Sequence record: PQ330092.1
DNA: 64,000 nt
Direction: 5' to 3' (one strand)
Shown: positions 56,557 to 64,000 of the stretch, piece after piece
How positions within the stretch are numbered: position 1 is the stretch's first letter
Layout of the letters: every line of letters starts with the position of its first letter
Made by a program: the position numbers and the translations under genes
Notes under the pieces: generated by a model
What the model was told of the DNA's origin: nothing
The model's database searches: none
The model's input: the letters and a program-made list of their open reading frames with translations, nothing else

Positions 56557-56564
56557 TATAAATA
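56557..56564 (+). promoter_or_regulatory. T4-type late promoter
   Basis: TATAAATA right after terminator, upstream of virion-type genes. Confidence 0.65.
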
Positions 56565-56598
56565 CATTAACTAATATCTAATTTATAAGGGATATATA

Positions 56599-59295
56599 AT
56601 GTCAAAGAAAATATATGGTGGCTTAGATGTCACACATAATGTGACAGTTAATGGTAAAAGAACAATTCAAGGAATAAATGAACAAGTTTTTGATTCCAAC
56701 GGTAACTTGGAATTAGATACTTATTCCAGAGATGAAGTACTAGATATAGTAAGTATGATGCCAATCTCCCATTATGGTTCACAAAACTATCTACCTGCGG
56801 GTGTTTCTGGGGATTTCAATGGTGCATCAGAAAACCAGTCACAACGTAGAAATAAAATTTTATTAGAAAACGATGGTACACTAGTACTTTTACGTAGTGG
56901 GACAAACGGTAGTGTTGAGGGATTATTTTATTCATATTTGGCTAACGCATTATCAGTTGATGACATGAGCCGTACAATTAACACTAGTCGTCAATACAAG
57001 CCTGGGTTTTTTGGTTCAAATAGAGTTGCGATTGGTTTATATAATACTGATCCAAATATTTTACTCGGTAGATATATTGATACTTCTAACAGTACTAATG
57101 GTTTGTTCATATCAATTACCAATGGTACATTAGATGATAAATTGCATACTGGTTTTTTCGTTAACCAAGCAGATATATCACCTGAAGGTGGTATTGAATA
57201 TGCTATGATGGCAGAAGATGGTTCTATATATGTTTTTAACGTACTTAATGAAAATAACCAACTACAATTAGTTGTTGTTAAAGTTGTTTATAATATAAGC
57301 AATGGTACTTATACTGCAACTCGAATTACTGGATGGACTACTAAAACATTTTATAACACGACATATTCTGCACAAAATAATATGGTTATTACTAATCAGG
57401 TAACATCAACAAATATTGCTGATAAACCTTATGTGTATGTTCCACAAAATCTACGTGGTATTGGGATTTACATGACATCAATTGATTTATATGTTGCACA
57501 GCAGCCAGGAACGCAGAATTTCCGCTTTAGAATGAACGGGGATGCTTGGTTTACAATGGCAACATATAATACACGTCCACAGCATAGTTACAGTTTTGTG
57601 TTCAATATGAGTACTAAACAATGTACATTAGATGCGGGTAACGATATTGGTTCATATCAAGCACCATTAGTTATAACTAATACTGGTTCGGCATTAGTTC
57701 CTACTGGTAACGTTTTAAATAACGATCCATTGTATAACCATGCAAATGCAAGAAACATTTATAGTTCATATTTTTATTTAAATTCAGGTGAAGCATTTTG
57801 TACTGCATGTCCAAACTTAGCAGAACCATTACTTATGCAAAAAGCTAAGTTTCCTATTCAAATAGTTTATAGTATGCTGAATGTCCGTGCTGTACTTTCT
57901 ACTGACTTCAAAGGTGGTATAGTTCGCCCGTCTTTTGGTTCAGCGGTTGGTTCATTTATTAATGGTGTAGAATTACTACCAGATAACAGTACTAAACAAT
58001 ATTCACGTGCATCAGGTAGTGGTGGATTTAGACCATCATATGCAGTTCATAAAAGTACTCCTAATTTTACATTTAAATCATTATCTTTAGGAACAATACA
58101 AGGTTATGAACCTACAGTTGAACGTGCTAATGTTGATGATAATGCAAATAATAGAATTTTTATTAGTAGTATTTCTGGGTCAACTGTCACAACCAATGGT
58201 GGTATTTTTATGGTTGGGCAACGTTATTCACAATCATTATCCTATGATAAAAACTTAAATGGCACAGGAATTATAAGCGTTACACAATCAGTACTGGACA
58301 ATTTTAGAAATACTGAATATGCCAAAGTTCTAAGTGATTGGAATTTATCAGCACAAGCATACCGTGATATGACACTATTTGTTCCACAACAAACAGACAT
58401 TCCAGCTTTTGTTATGTTGAGTACAATTACTAATGATTATAGAAACTATATTAGAATTGCTGAAGTTAATGTCAATACTAGAGTTGGTAATATTACATCT
58501 ATTACATTTAAGCGTTTAGTACTTGAGAATACGTATGGTGATAACTTTACACCAACTGGGAATGGTTCGATTGCATCTTCTTCTGTTGGTTTGACAATAT
58601 ATGATGGTGGTTCATTCTACTTCATTGGTGGTTCTGACCCATTATCACATCCAACAATAGGTAATACTGCAACTCATCAATTTAGAGCATATGTAACTAA
58701 ATCAACTGCACAATTTACAAGTTTTATAATTACTGGATCTCATGCCAGTTATGAACAAGGAAGTCAACCAGCAGCATTACCTGGTATTGGTTTTGGAATT
58801 TTTGAACCAATTGATTACTCAAATAAAATGACATTCAAAAAATATGGAACAACGATTGCAGACTATAATAACTGGACTGCACAAGGTAGCCCAATTAACG
58901 TAGTATCCCAGGACGTTGCTCAAGGGTTTATTGTATATTTTACAGAGGAAACACCAGTTATTCTTTCAGGTAAGTCATTTTCACTACCAGTTTCAAATAT
59001 TGATTTGAGAACTATTAAGTCTAATCCAGCAAATACAACATTTTATGTATATGTTAAATTGGAACAAGGATTGGCAAACTATTACATAACTACTGATGTT
59101 ATTTCTGAAACAGGAACAACTGCATATAATATTTTTTGGATAGGTACAATTCAAACTAATGCAATTCAAATCGAAACAATTAATATACAAAAACGTTCCC
59201 GTTTAGATATATTTGGTGCTTCACTTGAATCAGCAGGTTCATCGTTCCCAGTTAGCTACGGTCTACCATCACAAACAGGAACCATAAACTGGTAA
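56599..59295 (+). CDS. large virion structural protein (paralog 1)
   Basis: 898 aa, Gly/Ser/Thr/Asn-rich beta-type sequence, late promoter; shares N- and C-terminal blocks with next two genes. Confidence 0.65.
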   Translation: MSKKIYGGLDVTHNVTVNGKRTIQGINEQVFDSNGNLELDTYSRDEVLDIVSMMPISHYGSQNYLPAGVSGDFNGASENQSQRRNKILLENDGTLVLLRSGTNGSVEGLFYSYLANALSVDDMSRTINTSRQYKPGFFGSNRVAIGLYNTDPNILLGRYIDTSNSTNGLFISITNGTLDDKLHTGFFVNQADISPEGGIEYAMMAEDGSIYVFNVLNENNQLQLVVVKVVYNISNGTYTATRITGWTTKTFYNTTYSAQNNMVITNQVTSTNIADKPYVYVPQNLRGIGIYMTSIDLYVAQQPGTQNFRFRMNGDAWFTMATYNTRPQHSYSFVFNMSTKQCTLDAGNDIGSYQAPLVITNTGSALVPTGNVLNNDPLYNHANARNIYSSYFYLNSGEAFCTACPNLAEPLLMQKAKFPIQIVYSMLNVRAVLSTDFKGGIVRPSFGSAVGSFINGVELLPDNSTKQYSRASGSGGFRPSYAVHKSTPNFTFKSLSLGTIQGYEPTVERANVDDNANNRIFISSISGSTVTTNGGIFMVGQRYSQSLSYDKNLNGTGIISVTQSVLDNFRNTEYAKVLSDWNLSAQAYRDMTLFVPQQTDIPAFVMLSTITNDYRNYIRIAEVNVNTRVGNITSITFKRLVLENTYGDNFTPTGNGSIASSSVGLTIYDGGSFYFIGGSDPLSHPTIGNTATHQFRAYVTKSTAQFTSFIITGSHASYEQGSQPAALPGIGFGIFEPIDYSNKMTFKKYGTTIADYNNWTAQGSPINVVSQDVAQGFIVYFTEETPVILSGKSFSLPVSNIDLRTIKSNPANTTFYVYVKLEQGLANYYITTDVISETGTTAYNIFWIGTIQTNAIQIETINIQKRSRLDIFGASLESAGSSFPVSYGLPSQTGTINW

Positions 59296-59306
59296 AGGAT
59301 TACATA

Positions 59307-59894
59307 ATGGCATATAAAATAAGAGCAGACCTTAAGGCAATGCAACAAGTTACAGTTCAGGGTAAAAGTACTGGTCTTGGTGTATTAGGTAATAATATGA
59401 CTTATTACCCAACAAATTCAAATGGGGAATGTACATTCCCCTCTATTACCAAAGATGAAGTTAACTTTATTGTCAATGGATTACCACTTACACAATACGG
59501 AGAATTGTATGATGACGCTAGTCTAAATATTACTTCATCAGGCTATAGTCTTACATTTAACAGACAGATACCATCATTTATTGGTGGTTATCTTTATAAA
59601 TTTCCAGCAGTTTCTATTTTTGCTTCAACTGTTTCATCTGGAACACAAACACAATACGTATATGCAACGTTAGTTCTCGGTGAACCAATTTATAAAATAT
59701 CACCAACACAAATACAAGAATCTGAAATTATAATGTTTATTGGAACACTGACCGTTGGTACAAGTGGTATTACAAATATAAACATTAATAAAGTATCCAG
59801 ATTTAGTACATATAGACCTAGTGTTACACAAAAAGGTTCTTCATTCCCAGTCAGTACTGGAAAACCATCAGAAACTGGTACAATTGGTTGGTAA
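59307..59894 (+). CDS. short virion structural protein (paralog 2)
   Basis: Shares PLTQYG.L N-block and KVSRF..Y..S..QKGSSFPVS.G.PS..GT..W C-block. Confidence 0.65.
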   Translation: MAYKIRADLKAMQQVTVQGKSTGLGVLGNNMTYYPTNSNGECTFPSITKDEVNFIVNGLPLTQYGELYDDASLNITSSGYSLTFNRQIPSFIGGYLYKFPAVSIFASTVSSGTQTQYVYATLVLGEPIYKISPTQIQESEIIMFIGTLTVGTSGITNININKVSRFSTYRPSVTQKGSSFPVSTGKPSETGTIGW

Positions 59895-59910
59895 ATTAAG
59901 GAAAAGAAAG

Positions 59911-62640
59911 ATGTCATCAAAACGAATTATAGGAAGTGCCGAGATCCTTGGGAACTTGGCAATTGGACAAAGGTACGCTATGCGTACTTTTAATGGAACC
60001 TCACCGAATGCCAATACTGGAATTGTTCAATATCCAATATATAAGCGTTCAGAAGTTCAAAGTATTTTAGATATGTTGCCTATATCACGTGTAGGAGAAA
60101 TGGATTACTTACCATTAAACGTAAGTGGGTCGTATGAAGGTGCTACACCTATGTCAAGTGACCAAGTAGTTCAGCCAACAATTATTGAAGATGATGGAAC
60201 CGCCGTTGTTCTGCGTAGCGGAACCAATGGTAGTACTAAAGGTTTTTATTATTCATTTATACGAGAAATCAGAAATATAACTATGATTTCACAAGAAAGT
60301 GTTATTTCAACCAATTCAATGTATAAACCTTCAATTATGAGTAGTACTGAAAATATTAAGTATTTTATTGGCTCTAATGGTTATGAGATGCTTGGATGTT
60401 TAAGTACTGAAGATAATTATATTTTTACTATAACCAATGGCACATTTAACGAAATATCACATATTCATGCTAAAGTGCCAAGTACTTCTTTTGGTAATGA
60501 TATGCCAATATATACACATATTGTTGGGACAAAGGTTTATATTTGGTGTAAAGATAAAAGTGTTTCTAATTTAGGATTAGCACTTTCAATTTATACAGTA
60601 GAGCTAAGTGATGTGAAAGCAAGCTCAATGGCATCATTAACAAAAGTTACTGGGTTATCAGGTCAAACTGTTCGAAACACAAGTTATTCTGCATCTAATA
60701 ACATAAGAGTGTTCGATAAATTATATAGTGTTGGTACTAGCTCGGATTCATTATTCGAAGTTACATCACCAGTATCACGTGTAGAATTTTCAGACTATAC
60801 AGACTTTAACATTCAAGCCAACGTTAGTCCTGATTTATCAAAAATACGTGTAACTTTATATCCAACACATCGAATGGTTACACCTTTGTATATTTCAACA
60901 GTTTATGGTACTGGAATCAGTTTTGTTTATAATATAAACTCAAAATCTATGTCACTAGATGGTAGTGCTCGTGCACCTGCAACTGTTTCATATAATAATG
61001 GATTTCAAGTTTCTAACCCATTTGAAATTAATATGGTCAACTTCACAGGGACAACTGCTGCTGGTGTATTAGGAAACGCAGGTGGTTTATGTCAAACTAA
61101 AGATGGTTTGGTATTTGCATCTAAATTTAGATGGAGTTCAACTGAATTTTATGGTCTACAACGATATAAGGTTAGTGGTACACCGTTTGATTCATGGGTT
61201 GCCAGTACTAGAACCGCAAGTAACGTTATAAATGCAAACGTTTTACCAGTTTTTGGTAGTGCTGTTGGTGCAAACCTTTTAGGTGTACGTTTCATCGATA
61301 ATAGAAAAATATTATTAGCATGTTCTGGTACGTATGATGATGTAACATATAATTATAATAATACTGTTTTTTCTGAAATAGGTTCACAACCAACATATCA
61401 ATATAACTCAGTTCAAAATAATACTACATTAAATGGTTTTGCACCACAATCTAATCGTAAACAAATAGGCGATGATTTTACATACACTGCTATGATTTCT
61501 CTTGTTGATACCGATGGTAGTGTTAGATGCTATGGAACATCATTCATTGAAGGTGTATATAAAACAAGTGGTGGATTATTAAATCCAGATACTTTAGAAT
61601 TTGATGAAACATATACAATAGAACCAACGGTATTAGAATCATTAAAACAAGATATTTTTGCTAATATAGGAAACTCTGGCATTGTTGGTACACTATCTGG
61701 ACAAATTGTATTATATTATGTACCTGATAATACTTTTTCTAAATCCATCGCAGTAGTTTCAGCATATAATCTTAACAATAACCAAGGTTATGCAATCTAT
61801 GCCGAAGTTGATGTTGTATTATCTGGAACTAACATAACTTCAGCTACATTGGTGAGTACTAGATATGAGACACTTAGTTCTGTTACAGGAATTATTACTG
61901 AAGCATATATGAAACGTTGTACTGGTCTAACAGTTGCAAAATATTCAGGATTTGGTTACATTGGTGTTGATGCTGTTCATCAATTTTCACAACCAGGTAA
62001 TGCACAATTTAAGATGATGATAGCTAAAACAGTAGATGGTGTCATAACATCAAATCGTTTTTTATCATCTAGTTACATCCAACTTGGTGCAGCATATCAA
62101 CATGGTGTTATTCCTGGTGTTGGTTTTGGATATTACAATTTTCAAGATTCTGACTATCAAACCAAATCTGTATTCAGCGTTTTTGGTACAACATCTGCTG
62201 AAATGGATGGTTTAATTAGCGGAAATGGTAGCGTTAAAGAAAAGATTGTGGTAGTATCACAAGACGTTGCACAAGGATTCTCAGTGTACTTTACACGTGA
62301 AGTTCCGGTGTTTTTAGGTGGAATTTTCGACAGACTACCTATACAAAGTGTTGATTTAAGTACTGTAAAAAGTAACCCAGCTAATACTACGTTCTATTTG
62401 TATATACAAATGAACAGGAATACTAAGAAAGCGTCATATGTTATTAGTACTGAAACAATTGATGAATCTTTAACTAGCACTTACATTGGTAAGATAGTTA
62501 CTGGAACTTCAGGAATAACTTCAATTGATACAGAAAAAGTAACTCGTTTTTTGACATATCGTCCAAGTACAACGAAACGTGGTTCAGCGATACCTGCCAG
62601 TACTGGTGTACCATCAGGTCCAGGTACACGTTGGAAATAA
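59911..62640 (+). CDS. large virion structural protein (paralog 3)
   Basis: AAGGA RBS; IIEDDGTAVVLRSGTNGS and VVSQDVAQGF.VYFT.E.PV blocks near-identical to paralog 1. Confidence 0.65.
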   Translation: MSSKRIIGSAEILGNLAIGQRYAMRTFNGTSPNANTGIVQYPIYKRSEVQSILDMLPISRVGEMDYLPLNVSGSYEGATPMSSDQVVQPTIIEDDGTAVVLRSGTNGSTKGFYYSFIREIRNITMISQESVISTNSMYKPSIMSSTENIKYFIGSNGYEMLGCLSTEDNYIFTITNGTFNEISHIHAKVPSTSFGNDMPIYTHIVGTKVYIWCKDKSVSNLGLALSIYTVELSDVKASSMASLTKVTGLSGQTVRNTSYSASNNIRVFDKLYSVGTSSDSLFEVTSPVSRVEFSDYTDFNIQANVSPDLSKIRVTLYPTHRMVTPLYISTVYGTGISFVYNINSKSMSLDGSARAPATVSYNNGFQVSNPFEINMVNFTGTTAAGVLGNAGGLCQTKDGLVFASKFRWSSTEFYGLQRYKVSGTPFDSWVASTRTASNVINANVLPVFGSAVGANLLGVRFIDNRKILLACSGTYDDVTYNYNNTVFSEIGSQPTYQYNSVQNNTTLNGFAPQSNRKQIGDDFTYTAMISLVDTDGSVRCYGTSFIEGVYKTSGGLLNPDTLEFDETYTIEPTVLESLKQDIFANIGNSGIVGTLSGQIVLYYVPDNTFSKSIAVVSAYNLNNNQGYAIYAEVDVVLSGTNITSATLVSTRYETLSSVTGIITEAYMKRCTGLTVAKYSGFGYIGVDAVHQFSQPGNAQFKMMIAKTVDGVITSNRFLSSSYIQLGAAYQHGVIPGVGFGYYNFQDSDYQTKSVFSVFGTTSAEMDGLISGNGSVKEKIVVVSQDVAQGFSVYFTREVPVFLGGIFDRLPIQSVDLSTVKSNPANTTFYLYIQMNRNTKKASYVISTETIDESLTSTYIGKIVTGTSGITSIDTEKVTRFLTYRPSTTKRGSAIPASTGVPSGPGTRWK

Positions 62641-62644
62641 ATTT

Positions 62645-62685
62645 AAAGCTCGTCTATTGACGGGCTTTTCTTTTATGTGTATAAT
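62645..62685 (+). promoter_or_regulatory. terminator hairpin overlapping sigma70 promoter
   Basis: AAAGCTCGTC / GACGGGCTTT stem plus T tract; TTGACG 62657-62662, 17 bp, TATAAT 62680-62685. Confidence 0.7.
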
Positions 62686-62707
62686 TGAATAAAAATAGGA
62701 GGAAATT

Positions 62708-63274
62708 ATGGTCAAAACTTTATTACCACCACCAAAACGTCACAAAATCAAAGAAATGAAAGAACAACGTACATTAAAGATGTACAACAATTTAGTTAAG
62801 TTACTGTGTAAAAGTCCATCGCTCAAAGCAGAGTTTAAAACTGATGATGACCGTAAAGCACTAATTGAGATGAAATATATGCTCAGTAAAATGTCCTTTT
62901 ACAAATTTGTAAAAGAATACGCATCTGACCCATTTAGTCCTCGTTGGAGAGCCAAACCAAGAGAGTATTTTTACGGTGGTTCATATACAGATCGCATTCA
63001 AGACACAGTGATGGGAGTTGAATTTGAAATCGATTATGAGCCGAATGGTGAGGAAATCTTGCAGATTGAGAAACGTTTACCAAGTGAAGAAGAAATTTAT
63101 GTTTATGCAAGAAAACTTTCAACTTACAGTTCAAGAATTACTCTAGGCAATTTAGATTCATTAATTATTTTCTATACACGTGTTGGTGTAGATAAGATGG
63201 TAACTAAACTCAATGAACTTTCATTACAACAAAAACAGATTAATGCATACAAAGACATTACTGATTTATACTAA
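62708..63274 (+). CDS. hypothetical protein, tandem paralog family
   Basis: GGAGG RBS; TDDDRKALIEMKYMLSK. Confidence 0.75.
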   Translation: MVKTLLPPPKRHKIKEMKEQRTLKMYNNLVKLLCKSPSLKAEFKTDDDRKALIEMKYMLSKMSFYKFVKEYASDPFSPRWRAKPREYFYGGSYTDRIQDTVMGVEFEIDYEPNGEEILQIEKRLPSEEEIYVYARKLSTYSSRITLGNLDSLIIFYTRVGVDKMVTKLNELSLQQKQINAYKDITDLY

Positions 63275-63280
63275 TGAGGA

Positions 63281-63802
63281 ATGGATATGTTTTTTGGATC
63301 AGTTGGAAAACAAAACAGTACTTTAATTTGGCATGAAATTATCTTTAAAATTATATCTAAAAGCTACTCACTAAAGGATATTATCACCACAGATAATGAT
63401 AGACGTATCCTGTTAGATGCAAAATATAAATTGAGCAAACACCCTTTACTTTCTTTAATCATTGATTACGTTAATGATTATGAATCTAGTCGTTGGAAGT
63501 GGGAAGACGGCGGTTTATTTCGTGGAAAAACATTCTACGGTGCGGAACGATATGTTTTCAGTGATGCATCAAATGGCGTTAAGTTTGTTATTAGAAACTT
63601 TAACTCCAAAGAAAATGATTATCTTGAAAGTGGAGTGAAAGTATATATCGATAATAATAGCAATGTCCTAACATATGACGAATCACTAATTATGTTACAA
63701 ATAATGCGTGGTGTTGAAGGTGTAAGAAACAACCTTACTAAATTGAAAATCCAGCAAAATGATATACATAATAGACAGAAAATTAAGGGTTTATATAAAT
63801 GA
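63281..63802 (+). CDS. hypothetical protein, tandem paralog family
   Basis: TDNDRRILLDAKYKLSK. Confidence 0.75.
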   Translation: MDMFFGSVGKQNSTLIWHEIIFKIISKSYSLKDIITTDNDRRILLDAKYKLSKHPLLSLIIDYVNDYESSRWKWEDGGLFRGKTFYGAERYVFSDASNGVKFVIRNFNSKENDYLESGVKVYIDNNSNVLTYDESLIMLQIMRGVEGVRNNLTKLKIQQNDIHNRQKIKGLYK

Positions 63803-64000
63803 TTTCATTTTTCAAAAAGAAACAAAAAGTTGATGAAACAGGATTAGAATCGTTTCTATGGACTCTTATCATCAAAAAAAGTCCATTGATAAAAGAATAT
63901 GCTATCAATGATGCTAATAGAAAAACTATTATTGAATACAAATACGAATTATCAAAATGTGATCCAATCGTTTATCACTTTGCGAAGTACTGTTCAAAAA
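63799..64000 (+). CDS. hypothetical protein, tandem paralog family, 3'-truncated
   Basis: ATGA overlap; NDANRKTIIEYKYELSK. Confidence 0.7.
   Translation, partial: MISFFKKKQKVDETGLESFLWTLIIKKSPLIKEYAINDANRKTIIEYKYELSKCDPIVYHFAKYCSK

Larger units (their letters stand above)
485..63991. repeat. dispersed, over-represented palindrome AGTACT (often CAGTACTG)
   Basis: Manual count of about 48 copies in first 17.5 kb (e.g. 485, 761, 1526, 1680, 2059, 2881, 3368, 4154, 4196); continues to 63986. Confidence 0.9.

Noticed and set aside
479-63134. Many short minus-strand and nested alternate-frame ORFs in the track (e.g. 479-673, 7634-7891, 29272-29625, 37414-37824, 47513-47779)
   Set aside because: They lie wholly over stronger + strand genes, lack RBS and look like antisense or frame shadows.
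1-64000. CRISPR array, integrase, transposase, reverse transcriptase/DGR or stop-codon recoding
   Set aside because: No regularly spaced repeats or such genes are seen. Genes are intact and densely packed under the standard code, with TAA, TGA and TAG all used as stops.

Overview
The window is a segment of a large, AT-rich (about 30-32% GC by eye) lytic dsDNA phage genome, a draft with several N gaps between 40.0 and 44.6 kb. Genes are densely packed and almost all on the + strand; the only credible - strand gene is 42458-42835. Sigma70-type promoters (TTGACA / TGnTATAAT), intrinsic terminators and one T4-type late promoter (TATAAATA) are visible. T4-superfamily accessory genes include RNA ligase 1, PseT, DNA ligase, dCMP deaminase, NrdD/NrdG and a PIN-PhoH protein. 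Also present are ClpP, an HslV-like peptidase, a Sir2 protein, a NUDT16-like Nudix hydrolase, a Dam-type methyltransferase and an ART-fold protein. Three paralogous virion-type proteins lie near the end. Gene content suggests a T4-related enterobacterial jumbo myovirus of the GAP32/RaK2 type (inference, not verified). Three signals are not explained by standard annotation. (1) An array of more than 20 otherwise dissimilar early genes shares one short EExxFQxS box. (2) The palindrome AGTACT is about 8-fold over-represented, frame-independently, across the window. (3) A gene-free, highly base-paired stretch of about 500 nt at 17.8-18.3 kb looks like a large structured ncRNA.
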